Assembly (NCBI GenBank): GCA_964527825.1
Contig: CAZGRF010000001.1
Location: forward strand, 1 to 40,686
Length of the DNA stretch: 40,686 nucleotides
DNA from: an uncultured Pirellulales bacterium
Lineage (GTDB): Bacteria; Planctomycetota; Phycisphaerae; Sedimentisphaerales; Anaerobacaceae
Direction: 5' to 3'
Made by a program: the position numbers and the translations under genes. This document shows positions 24,611 through 33,262 of the stretch, piece by piece (within the stretch, counting starts at the first letter, position 1; each line of letters starts with the position of its first letter). The notes beneath the pieces are model-generated. The model did no database searches. It worked only from the letters and a program-made list of their open reading frames with translations, and was not told where the DNA came from.

Positions 24611-26947
24611 ATGGGCGAATTGCGGCTTCCAGGACTCGCAACGGGCATCGACACCAGCGCGCTGATTAGCCAGCTCATGGCGATCGAGAGACGGACACTC
24701 AACAAATACGTAGAACGCAAGAACACCTGGGAGGAGCGTAGGGATGCCCTGAGCAGCCTCACGACCAAGCTTGAGACACTGAAGAGCACAGTCGCGGCTC
24801 TCTCTGATGCCAGTACGCTTCGCGCCTACACGACGGTCTCCAGCGACTCGGACATCCTGACGGCCGAAGCGTCCAACAATGCGTTTGAGGGCAATCACAC
24901 GGTTGTCATCAACCAGTTGGCCAATGCGGAACGCTGGGTGCACACGACTGGCGAGAAGTACGCGGAAGACTACGTCGGGGAAGGGACCTTCATCTACGCC
25001 TACAACCGCCAGGAGGTTGTTATTACCACCACGGCCGACACCACTCTGGAGGAGCTCACCGGGCTAATCAACAACGATGCGAACAATCCCGGAGTCACGG
25101 CCAATCTGCTTTACTACAACGATGCCTATCACCTCGTTCTCAATGGTAATGATGCCGGCTCGGACTACGAGATCGGGATCAACGCCAGCAATACGGAAGT
25201 CTGGCAGATGACATCGTCGTTCACCGACGGGGGCGAGAACGCGGCCCTGGCCACGAAGATCATGGATCTCGATCAGTTCAGCGGCACGTTTGCCGGCGAC
25301 GAATCCATCACCATTAGCGGCCAGCAGCACGACGGGACGGCCGTGAGCCACGAGTTCTCGATAAATGCGAACACCAAGCTCGATCATCTCGTCGAGGAGA
25401 TCAACGACGCCTTCGGCGGCACGGCCACGGCAACACTGGTCCACGGCCAGATTCGTCTGACCGATCACACCAACGGCACGAGCCAGATGCAGTTGAGCCT
25501 GACCTACAATCCGGGCTCCGGCTCCACGACGCTTGATATTCCCACCATTAGCCAGTCCACCGAGGGCGGCAGCGTGACCGCCGACCTGACGGATTATGCC
25601 GCATCCGATTTCTTAGAGACCCAGGCAGCGCAAGACTCCAAGATTCGCGTGGATGGTTATCCTCCACAGACTGGAGAAGTGCAGCTTCTGACGACGACTC
25701 AAGCCGCGAACAACGGCACCTTTACTTTGACATACGAGGGCCAGACGACCGCTCCAATTGACCATGATGCAGACGCGGAGACGATACAGGCTGCCCTGGA
25801 GGCCTTGTCTACAATCAATGCCGGCGATGTCACGGTCTCGGGCAATGGGCCATCGGAGCTCGGAGACACGACGTTCGCCTTCCTGGAGACTCTCGGCAAT
25901 GTCAGCCAGATTACCATTGACGCGAGTAACCTCACCCCGGGCAGCCCGTCGGAGTACACCATGTCTACCCAAACCGAAGGCGACCTCGGTTGGATTAGCA
26001 GAAGCTCGAACACAGTCGACAACGTGCTTCAGGGCGTGGCCCTGCATCTGCACGATACCGGCACCGTTCAGGTGAACCTGACCCGTGACATCGAGTCGGT
26101 TAAACAGAAGTTGACCTCCATGGTTGATGCGTACAACGCGGTGATGACATTCATCAAGGAGAAGACTGCCTACATGGAGGAAACCAAAACGGCCGGCGTC
26201 TTGATGAGCGATTCTACGGTATCAAGGATCAATAATGACATGCGCATGCCGTTGATACGACAGACAAGCGGCTTTGTCGTTGATGTCGACAGCTTTCTCA
26301 TGCCGGGTGAGATTGGTCTTGAGCTTGATGGTGAGGGCGTGCTAAACCTGGACACCAGCGCCTTCAACGACGCGATTGCGGAAGACTACATGGGTGTACT
26401 GGCTATCATTGGGGCGGACAAAACCGGCAGTTCCGACAGCAATACGATCAAGTTCTACGGGGCCTCGAGCAAGTACACCACAGGCGGAACATACAATGTG
26501 CAGGTGACGGTCTCCGGCGGGGCGATCACGAGCGCTCAGATGAAGCTGTCCACCGAATCGACCTATCGCGATGCGACCTTCAGCGGGAACATTGTCACGG
26601 GTGAGAGCACCTTCAACAGCAACGGCAATGCCGTATATCCTGAGAACGGCCTGCAGCTCAGCATTGACCTCAGTCAGAACGGGACGTTCACCGCCACGGT
26701 TCGCGTCAAACAGGGCTGTGCGGGCGCGATGGAGGACACGCTTGATCGCTTCCTGAAATCTACGACCGGCTGGCTTGGCTTGGATGAAGAATCCGTCGAA
26801 ACGCAAATCGAGAATCTGGAGGATCGAATTGCCATCGAGGAAGACCGCCTCTCCCGACATGAAGATCGGCTGGTGGCGAAATATGCTCGGTTGGAGAAGA
26901 CCCTGACCTTACTCCAGAATCAGATGGCTGCACTGGGGCTGTCTTGA
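24611..26947 (+). CDS. fliD: Flagellar filament cap protein (hook-associated protein 2), long form
   Basis: The N-terminus is LPGLATGIDTSALISQLMAIERRTLNKY. The C-terminal coiled coil is ..IENLEDRIAIEEDRLSRHEDRLVAKYARLEKTLTLLQNQMAAL. At 778 aa it is much longer than the ~470-aa enterobacterial form. Confidence 0.9.
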   Translation: MGELRLPGLATGIDTSALISQLMAIERRTLNKYVERKNTWEERRDALSSLTTKLETLKSTVAALSDASTLRAYTTVSSDSDILTAEASNNAFEGNHTVVINQLANAERWVHTTGEKYAEDYVGEGTFIYAYNRQEVVITTTADTTLEELTGLINNDANNPGVTANLLYYNDAYHLVLNGNDAGSDYEIGINASNTEVWQMTSSFTDGGENAALATKIMDLDQFSGTFAGDESITISGQQHDGTAVSHEFSINANTKLDHLVEEINDAFGGTATATLVHGQIRLTDHTNGTSQMQLSLTYNPGSGSTTLDIPTISQSTEGGSVTADLTDYAASDFLETQAAQDSKIRVDGYPPQTGEVQLLTTTQAANNGTFTLTYEGQTTAPIDHDADAETIQAALEALSTINAGDVTVSGNGPSELGDTTFAFLETLGNVSQITIDASNLTPGSPSEYTMSTQTEGDLGWISRSSNTVDNVLQGVALHLHDTGTVQVNLTRDIESVKQKLTSMVDAYNAVMTFIKEKTAYMEETKTAGVLMSDSTVSRINNDMRMPLIRQTSGFVVDVDSFLMPGEIGLELDGEGVLNLDTSAFNDAIAEDYMGVLAIIGADKTGSSDSNTIKFYGASSKYTTGGTYNVQVTVSGGAITSAQMKLSTESTYRDATFSGNIVTGESTFNSNGNAVYPENGLQLSIDLSQNGTFTATVRVKQGCAGAMEDTLDRFLKSTTGWLGLDEESVETQIENLEDRIAIEEDRLSRHEDRLVAKYARLEKTLTLLQNQMAALGLS

Positions 26948-27185
26948 GACAGCCAAAGCGTGATCTAACACGTTGACGATGGCAAGGAAGGTCGCGTTCT
27001 CGGCGACCTCGCCACACTGCCTGCCGGGGTCTTCATGATCTCGGGCCGCTCCTGTGACAGCTTCCACTTCCAGGGACTCTGTGGAACCGGTGGCGAACGA
27101 GGATTCGAGTTCCCAGACAGAGCCCGGTATAACGCGTCCCATTTCCTGGCTGCCGGCAGAATCACGAGTCTATGGCATCGGCTTG

Positions 27186-28268
27186 TCAGCGCTGCGTCAT
27201 CATCTTCTTCTTCTGTCTCAGGCGGTAGAGCATGGCGAGCACCTCGGCGATGGCGACGTAGAAGGCTTCCGGGATGGTCTGGCCGGGCTGTACGGAGGCG
27301 TAGATGGCACGTGCGACTTCGGGACGCCTGATGATGGGAATGCCATAGGACTGCGCAATCTTGATGATCTTCTGCGCGAGATGATCGGCGCCTTTAGCCA
27401 CCATGATCGGCGCGTCCATCGTCTTGGCGTCGTAGCGCAGGGCGACCGCCACGTGCGTCGGGTTGACCAGGATGACACTGGCTTTCGGCACCTCTTGCAT
27501 CAGACGTTTCATGGACATTTCGAGCTGGATTCGGCGAATCCGCGACTTGATCTCAGGAGAACCATCCGTGTCTTTGCGCTCCTGCTTGACCTCCTGGCGG
27601 GTCATCTTGAGATCCTCAATGTGCTGCCACCTTTGGTAGAGCGCATCGGCAATGCCAATGACCAACACGGCGATGCCCACCCGAATGCCGAGACCGAAGA
27701 CGATCCTGGCGATTCCCGCGATGATTTCGGTGGACCAGGCCCAGCGGAGTGTGGCCAGTGTCTCCAGCTTGTCGCGGAGATAGACCCAGACGATGAGGCT
27801 GACGAACAGTAGCTTGGCAATGGAACTGAGCAGACGCACGAGAGATCGCTTGTTGATTAGGTTCTGGATGGCCGTGGCGGGATTGATGGCATTCCATCTG
27901 AACTGGATGGCGCCCGGAGCGTACGTTGCGCCACCAACGACGAGGCTCGCGAGCACGCCGGCTACGGACATTGAGGCGAGAACGGGAAGCACGACAATGA
28001 TTGCCTCGACAATCCTCGCATTCACGTAGGCTATGAATGTCTGGGCGCTCAGAAAGGTGTCGGTTTGGCCGGACATACCGGACTCGACCTTGGATCTGCA
28101 CCACTGAAAGAAGTCCGGACCTATCAGTGCGATCACCAGCAAGAGGACCACGAGCGTGACCGCGGCAGACAGATCCTGACTCTGGGGTGTCTGTCCCTTC
28201 TGACGGGCCTTCGCCAACCTTCGTGGAGTCGGTTGTTCGGTCTTCTCAGCGGCTGGTTTATCTGCCAT
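27186..28268 (-). CDS. flhB: Flagellar type III export switch protein FlhB
   Basis: Motifs are AEKTEQPTPRRLAKARQKGQ and four TM segments. The autocleavage motif is VNPTHVAVALRY, and the C-terminal part has IPIIRRPEVARAIY. Confidence 0.95.
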   Translation of the reverse strand: MADKPAAEKTEQPTPRRLAKARQKGQTPQSQDLSAAVTLVVLLLVIALIGPDFFQWCRSKVESGMSGQTDTFLSAQTFIAYVNARIVEAIIVVLPVLASMSVAGVLASLVVGGATYAPGAIQFRWNAINPATAIQNLINKRSLVRLLSSIAKLLFVSLIVWVYLRDKLETLATLRWAWSTEIIAGIARIVFGLGIRVGIAVLVIGIADALYQRWQHIEDLKMTRQEVKQERKDTDGSPEIKSRIRRIQLEMSMKRLMQEVPKASVILVNPTHVAVALRYDAKTMDAPIMVAKGADHLAQKIIKIAQSYGIPIIRRPEVARAIYASVQPGQTIPEAFYVAIAEVLAMLYRLRQKKKMMTQR

Positions 28269-28346
28269 CTCGTGTGCCTAAGACGCACCCTGCAGGTGCG
28301 TCGCAATTGCTGTCGGCGTCCATGTCTCTGGGCAGCAAGAGACGAT

Positions 28347-29090
28347 TCACAGCGGCAGGAGTTTCGCCATCCAATCGGCCATCTCGCTGATAAATCCGTT
28401 CACAAAAGGCAGGAACATGGACGTCATGATCATTCCCATCGCCATTCGCATCGGCATACTGATAAAGAGGATATTCATCTCCGGGACAAGCCTAGCCAGC
28501 AGAGCCAGGGTCACCATAAGAACCAGGAATGCCGCCAGTATCGGCGCAGCCAGTCGCAAGCTTGCAACCAACATGGCCGAGCCGGCGCTGACGACCCCGC
28601 CGGTCAGGACGCCGATGGTCGGCACAGTGCCCGCAGGAAACGCCTCATAACTCTTGGAAATAACCAGGAGAAACAAGTGGTGCCCGTTCACGCCCAGGAA
28701 CAGGAGAACGAAGATCATCTCCAGCAGGTTGCCGAGCGGCTTGCCTTCTTCATTTGTCAGAGGGTCCATGATATGCGCCATGGTGAACCCCATTTGTCGT
28801 TCAACGAAGTGGCCGCCGAGCTTCACGACTGAAAAGAGCAGCACGGCAATCAGACCGAGTGCCAGGCCATACGTAGCCTCGCCGGCCAGCAACAAGACCG
28901 CACTCACAGTCGACACGCCGGCGGGGTCAACGCCGACAGGCGTGATAACAGCGAAGAAGAGAGAAAGCAACACCGTCAGGGCGACCTTGGTCTGCACGGG
29001 AATGGCCTGCCATCCAAAGACGGGCAAGACTAGGAAGAAGGCCGAAATCCGTGTTAGCACGAGGGCGAAACCGAGCAGTGTCTCCAACAT
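28347..29090 (-). CDS. fliR: Flagellar export apparatus protein FliR
   Basis: The N-terminus is FALVLTRISAFFLVLPVFG. It is a polytopic membrane protein of 247 aa, positioned between fliQ and flhB. Confidence 0.9.
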   Translation of the reverse strand: MLETLLGFALVLTRISAFFLVLPVFGWQAIPVQTKVALTVLLSLFFAVITPVGVDPAGVSTVSAVLLLAGEATYGLALGLIAVLLFSVVKLGGHFVERQMGFTMAHIMDPLTNEEGKPLGNLLEMIFVLLFLGVNGHHLFLLVISKSYEAFPAGTVPTIGVLTGGVVSAGSAMLVASLRLAAPILAAFLVLMVTLALLARLVPEMNILFISMPMRMAMGMIMTSMFLPFVNGFISEMADWMAKLLPL

Positions 29091-29103
29091 CTCAGCCCCG
29101 GTG

Positions 29104-29373
29104 TCAGTATCCAGCGTTCTGTATCTGCGCGAAAATCTCGGCAGTGAATCGCAACGTCACTTGAAGCATCCAACTGCCAAACAGCAGTACAACGGCGCCG
29201 ACGGCCAGGAGTTTGGGAACGATGGTCAGTGTCATGTCGCGAATCGAAGTAACCGCCTGTAGCAGTGTGACCGTGATACCCACAGCCATGCAGGTAATCA
29301 GAATCGGCGCTGCCAGCAGCAATGCCGTTTCGAGTGTATGCCTTCCGAGGTAGAGCACATAACTGCTATCCAT
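29104..29373 (-). CDS. fliQ: Flagellar export apparatus protein FliQ
   Basis: ATG at 29373 with AGGAG 9 nt upstream gives the canonical 89 aa. The ORF-track GTG at 29382 would add 3 aa. The motif is LLQAVTSIRDMTLTIVPKLLAV. Confidence 0.9.
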   Translation of the reverse strand: MDSSYVLYLGRHTLETALLLAAPILITCMAVGITVTLLQAVTSIRDMTLTIVPKLLAVGAVVLLFGSWMLQVTLRFTAEIFAQIQNAGY

Positions 29374-29428
29374 AGACTCCACTCCTTGTCGTTGTGATGC
29401 TTCCTTCTCCGTAAGAGGCGACGCTCAG

Positions 29429-30268
29429 TCATCGGAATCCGAGGCTGAGGCTCTTGGCGAGGAGTCCCCAACCGTCCACCAAGACGAATAGAATCAGCTT
29501 GAAAGGCAGTGAAATCATCATCGGCGGAAGCATCATCATGCCCGCACTGAGCAGCACGCTCGCGATAACCATGTCAATCAATAGGAACGGAATAAACAGC
29601 AGACAACCGATCTCGAACGCGGTACGGAACTCGCTGATGATGAAGGCGGGAATGACGATGTGCAAGGGAATGTCCATCGGTGCGGCGGGAGCGCTGACCT
29701 TGGCCATCTGCACGAACAAGGCCAGATCCGCCTTGCGGCTTTGGCGGAGCATGAATTCCTTGATACAGTTGCCTGCCTTGTCGGCGGCTGCGCTGAAGCC
29801 GATCTGATCCGCCAGGTAGGGCTGAATCGCTTGCGCGTTGACTCTGGAATACGTCGGGGCCATGGTGAAAAGAGTCAGAAACAGTGCGAGGCCGATGACG
29901 GCAATCGTCGGCGGGATGCTCTGAGTGCTCAGGGCCCGCCGCACGAAGGACAGCACGATGACGATTCGAGTGAACGAGGTCATCATTACCAGGAGGCTTG
30001 GCAGGATTGCCAGTCCGGTGAAGATGATGGCGAGTTTGACCGGAGTAGACCAGTCTTTGGTCTGGGCTTCCTTCGAGGTGGCTTTCTCCAGGACCGTCAT
30101 CAATTCCCCGATACTGGGGACATTGTCCGGCGCAGGAGCAGTGGTCTGGTTCGCCTGCGTCTGAGGCGTTGTCAATGTCAGTGTCGGCGTGTCGATCTGG
30201 CCGTAGCAGAGTGCGCCAGGCGTGAGGATCAAACACGAAATCAGGATGGCGTTGCATACTCGACACAT
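29429..30268 (-). CDS. fliP: Flagellar export apparatus protein FliP
   Basis: There is an N-terminal signal peptide. Motifs are MTSFTRIVIVLSFVRRALSTQSIPP and FMLRQS..DLALF, and the C-terminal part has ASVLLSAGMMMLPP. Confidence 0.9.
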   Translation of the reverse strand: MCRVCNAILISCLILTPGALCYGQIDTPTLTLTTPQTQANQTTAPAPDNVPSIGELMTVLEKATSKEAQTKDWSTPVKLAIIFTGLAILPSLLVMMTSFTRIVIVLSFVRRALSTQSIPPTIAVIGLALFLTLFTMAPTYSRVNAQAIQPYLADQIGFSAAADKAGNCIKEFMLRQSRKADLALFVQMAKVSAPAAPMDIPLHIVIPAFIISEFRTAFEIGCLLFIPFLLIDMVIASVLLSAGMMMLPPMMISLPFKLILFVLVDGWGLLAKSLSLGFR

Positions 30269-30745
30269 CTACAGGTTCACCATCCTATCCGTCTCTTGCT
30301 TGGAAAGGTCGAGCCACGCATCGTCCAGGTGGGCCAGTGTCGCGATCGTCTCATTTGTACTGCCGATCAGCAGTCTCAGACTCCCCACTTGCACCAGGTG
30401 GAGCGCCTTGCGCGGTCCCAGGTAGGCCGTCTCCACGATGTGGATTTCTTTGCCCGGCATGTGTGTGACCTTCGGCAGCACCTTCTTGGATACGTAGAAC
30501 GCGGCCATCGCCAACACGGCGACAAGCGCCACCGAGAACATCATCTTGGAGAACAGTTCCCCGCTGCCGAGACCTATACCTGTGGGATTTGACAGATTGG
30601 GATCGGTGAGAAACGATGCGTCTGCCTGCGACGGCGGGGCATCGGCCTTTTCCTGGTCCGTCGAGCGAGCCGCAAGACCCACTAATCCGCCTCCAACCAC
30701 CAGCGCCACCAACAAGGTGGCAACCTTCTTCTTCTGATTGCTCAC
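30269..30745 (-). CDS. fliO: Flagellar biosynthesis protein FliO-like
   Basis: It abuts fliP directly (stop 30269-30271, fliP ATG at 30268). It has a GTG start with GAGG upstream and a TM segment MMFSVALVAVLAMAAFYV. The FliO-type C-terminus is IHIVETAYLGPRKALHLVQVGSLRLLIGST. Confidence 0.65.
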   Translation of the reverse strand: MSNQKKKVATLLVALVVGGGLVGLAARSTDQEKADAPPSQADASFLTDPNLSNPTGIGLGSGELFSKMMFSVALVAVLAMAAFYVSKKVLPKVTHMPGKEIHIVETAYLGPRKALHLVQVGSLRLLIGSTNETIATLAHLDDAWLDLSKQETDRMVNL

Positions 30746-30918
30746 TTGAACCTCATGTTCTCGGTCATCTCATGCGCCGTCGCGTTTGTGCCGACACGAG
30801 CATGAATGACGTGATGCAGACGTGTCCCGCACACGCGTGGACGCGGCGCCGCGGCGTATGTTCGGTGCGGCCGGACACATGTGCCGTCCGGACATACACT
30901 CGGAGCGAGGGAATCATA

Positions 30919-30934
30919 TGCAAATCTCGTGCCG
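30919..30934 (-). promoter_or_regulatory. Sigma-54 (-24/-12) promoter candidate for fliOPQR-flhB
   Basis: The minus strand reads CGGCACGAGATTTGCA, i.e. GGCACG-N4-TTGCA against the consensus TGGCACG-N4-TTGCW. It lies in the 286-nt gap, ~175 nt upstream of the fliO start. Confidence 0.55.
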
Positions 30935-31031
30935 AAATGGTGACCGCGGTTCTCACAGGCGTCAAGGGCAGCTTGTGCAGTCGTGATGGCTGAAGAATGG
31001 TCACGGCGTCGAGAAACTTGACAGAGGGAGT

Positions 31032-31790
31032 TCATCCGTCCCCTTTCAGTATCGCGATCAGGATCTGGGACTTTCTGGGGTCGGGGCGGTCTTGGCCGGC
31101 CCACTTCCCACCCGGCCCGGCTCCCCACCAGAAAACACGCCAGGGAGAGGGGTTGTCTGCCCGCTGACCTGGAGTGCCCTCGGCCAACTTCTCCCGCATG
31201 AGCTTCGCGACGGCTTCCGCTCGCTCGGCCGAAAGCATCCATTGCTGGGCTTCGGTTGCTTCGTCACCGGCCAATCCCAGCACATACAAGGTGCTGGTCT
31301 CCGCATCGAGGTTCTGCTGCAGGTCCATACAGTACCGAGACAGGAACTGTTGCGCCTCCTCGTTCAGATCGGCCCGGCCTGGTTTGAATCTGACATCCGT
31401 GATGGAGAAATCAAGACTCTGTCCCACGATTTGAGACGGCATGGTCGTCATGGACGCGGTGATCCGCTCGAATATACGGCGAAGCTGCTCCCGATATGCA
31501 TCGATAGTTCGCTCTGCAGATGTCTCAGGCTCCGTCGTCAGGTGCTTGACCGTCGGTGAATCGAATTCGACAGAGATGTCAGTGCCTAACAGGGCACCCA
31601 GTCCACAGAGGCGTATGGATTCCCAGAAGGAGTCGCGTCCTCGGTTGAAGAGCTCCGGGTCCTGAACCTGCGCCAGGGTCAGGAGCAAAACAAAGAAGGT
31701 TAGCAGCAAAGTCACCATGTCGGAGAAGGTAACAATGTAGGCTGGGACCTTCTGCTTGCCCTCCTGTAGTGTTCGCCGCGCTTCTCTCAC
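31032..31790 (-). CDS. MotB-like stator protein, second paralog (OmpA-like C-terminus)
   Basis: The GTG start overlaps the upstream stop (GTGA). The plug/TM segment YIVTFSDMVTLLLTFFVLLL carries the conserved channel Asp. The C-terminal part has WMLSAERAEAVAKLM, the LSxxRAxxV peptidoglycan-binding helix of OmpA/MotB domains. Confidence 0.75.
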   Translation of the reverse strand: MREARRTLQEGKQKVPAYIVTFSDMVTLLLTFFVLLLTLAQVQDPELFNRGRDSFWESIRLCGLGALLGTDISVEFDSPTVKHLTTEPETSAERTIDAYREQLRRIFERITASMTTMPSQIVGQSLDFSITDVRFKPGRADLNEEAQQFLSRYCMDLQQNLDAETSTLYVLGLAGDEATEAQQWMLSAERAEAVAKLMREKLAEGTPGQRADNPSPWRVFWWGAGPGGKWAGQDRPDPRKSQILIAILKGDG

Positions 31791-32488
31791 CTGTATGTGC
31801 TCCGCTCCAAGAGAACGATTTCCAGGACTCGCTCGGTCTTGGGATTCGCGGCAAACAGGCCGCTCTCTTGTAGCCTATCTTGTGTCACAGTGCTTGCCGA
31901 AGATATACTGAAACGCTCTTTGTCGAGTCCTTTGCGGCCGGCCAGGAATTGGGTGACTTCCCAGGCTCGTTTGAGCCCGGTTGCGTCGGTGTCGGTGCTG
32001 GCCTTCACCGCGTGCTCGCTAACGACCACCCGGTTAGGCACGGCCCCCAGAAGGGCTGCCACATCGGTTAGTATCTGGCGACCGTGGGCGGACATGCGGA
32101 CACCCATGCCGAGGAAGATCTTGTCTGAAGGCACGAGAAAGACCTTCTGGCTCTGGAAATCCAGGAAGTCCAGGTTCTCGCTCGGTCTTGATTCATGTTG
32201 GCCGTCTACCGTTGGCTTTTCGCTGCCTGCATCCGGCTCCCGACTATGCACGACAACTGGGGTCGGGGCCAGGGCCTCATGGTGCTTTGTGGGGCGCAGG
32301 CCGAGCGAGGTGAGTCCCTCGGCAAGGGCAGACTCCATTTTGGGGAACACCTTGTCATCAAATGAGGAGAAGCTCAGCAGCAGAACGAAGAACGTGAGCA
32401 GGAGGGTCATACAGTCGCTGAACGTGACCATCCATTCCGGGGCGCCGGCACCTTCGTCAGACGTGCTCTGTTTGAGTCCTGTGGCCAC
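31787..32488 (-). CDS. motB: MotB-like stator protein, first paralog
   Basis: The GTG start overlaps the motA stop by 1 nt. The TM segment is WMVTFSDCMTLLLTFFVLLL. The OmpA-like C-terminus looks degenerate (..GLKRAWEVTQFLAG..). Confidence 0.75.
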   Translation of the reverse strand: MATGLKQSTSDEGAGAPEWMVTFSDCMTLLLTFFVLLLSFSSFDDKVFPKMESALAEGLTSLGLRPTKHHEALAPTPVVVHSREPDAGSEKPTVDGQHESRPSENLDFLDFQSQKVFLVPSDKIFLGMGVRMSAHGRQILTDVAALLGAVPNRVVVSEHAVKASTDTDATGLKRAWEVTQFLAGRKGLDKERFSISSASTVTQDRLQESGLFAANPKTERVLEIVLLERSTYR

Positions 32489-33258
32489 TAGACAGTCGCC
32501 TTCACTTCCCGGCGCCGCCCATGCGAAACGAACGCTTGCATTCTCTCGCGGACAAGTGTCGGGTTGTCACCTTGCGCGATGGCACAAATACCTTCGAGGA
32601 TCATCTCCATGGCGATCGACTCCTCCTTGGAATAGATGCTGAGCTTTCCAGCCAGGGGGATGAAGATCAAGTTGGCGGCAAAGGCCCCGTAGAACGTGGT
32701 CAACAGAGCCACAGCCATTCCTTGGCCGATTTGGTCAGGCGAGCTTAGGTTCCGCAGCATCTGGACCAAGCCGATGAGGGTTCCGATCATTCCGAACGCG
32801 GGAGCGGCAGCGCCCATGAACTCCAGGATCCTTTTCCCGGCAGAATGACGCTCCTGAAGGTACTGGATCTCCGGGTCCAGGAGGTCTCGGATGGACTCGG
32901 AATCCTGACCGTCCACGAGCAACTGCAGGCCCTTGGCAAAGAAATGGTCGTTGAGTTTTCCGATCTCAGGTTCGAGTGCCAAGGTTCCATCGCGGCGATT
33001 GATGGCAGCGAAATTGATCATCTTCTGGATCAGGTCTGACTGCGATGGTATCTTGGCAATGATGGTCTTCTTGATGATCGAGAAGATGCCGAGAAACTGG
33101 GGCAGGGAAAAGTGGATCAAAGTGGCGCAGAGCATCCCGCCGATGGTGATGCACAGCGAGGGAACGTGGAAGAACATGGCGGCGCCGCCGCCCATGATGA
33201 TTGCACCGATGACGACGACAAAACCCAACAGTGTACCTACAATGGTCGCGAAATCCAT
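32488..33258 (-). CDS. motA: Flagellar stator protein MotA (MotA/TolQ/ExbB channel family)
   Basis: 256 aa with four TM segments. The C-terminal signature is AFGMIGTLIGLVQML..MAVALLTTFYGAFAANLIFIPLAGKL. Confidence 0.9.
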   Translation of the reverse strand: MDFATIVGTLLGFVVVIGAIIMGGGAAMFFHVPSLCITIGGMLCATLIHFSLPQFLGIFSIIKKTIIAKIPSQSDLIQKMINFAAINRRDGTLALEPEIGKLNDHFFAKGLQLLVDGQDSESIRDLLDPEIQYLQERHSAGKRILEFMGAAAPAFGMIGTLIGLVQMLRNLSSPDQIGQGMAVALLTTFYGAFAANLIFIPLAGKLSIYSKEESIAMEMILEGICAIAQGDNPTLVRERMQAFVSHGRRREVKATV

Positions 33259-33262
33259 AGAC

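Noticed and set aside
26990-27008. Hairpin GGTCGC-N7-GCGACC, and the palindrome CTGCCGGCAG at 27150-27159, as bidirectional terminators between convergent fliD and flhB.
   Set aside because: The stems are only 5-6 bp and have no flanking U/A tracts. This is too weak to call as intrinsic terminators in GC-rich sequence.
27054-30592. Plus-strand ORFs overlapping flhB/fliR/fliQ/fliP (27054-27812, 28065-28832, 28654-29262, 29660-30592).
   Set aside because: They lie opposite unambiguous flagellar export genes. Their composition is low-complexity and Arg/His/Gly-rich, with no motifs.
30742-31242. ORFs in or across the motB'-fliO gap (30742-31242 minus, 30765-31004 minus, 30616-30993 plus) as candidate small flagellar proteins such as a missing FliN.
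   Set aside because: They show no FliN/FliM/FliL-like sequence. They overlap motB' or fliO and have an Arg/His/Cys-rich composition. The gap is better explained as a promoter region.
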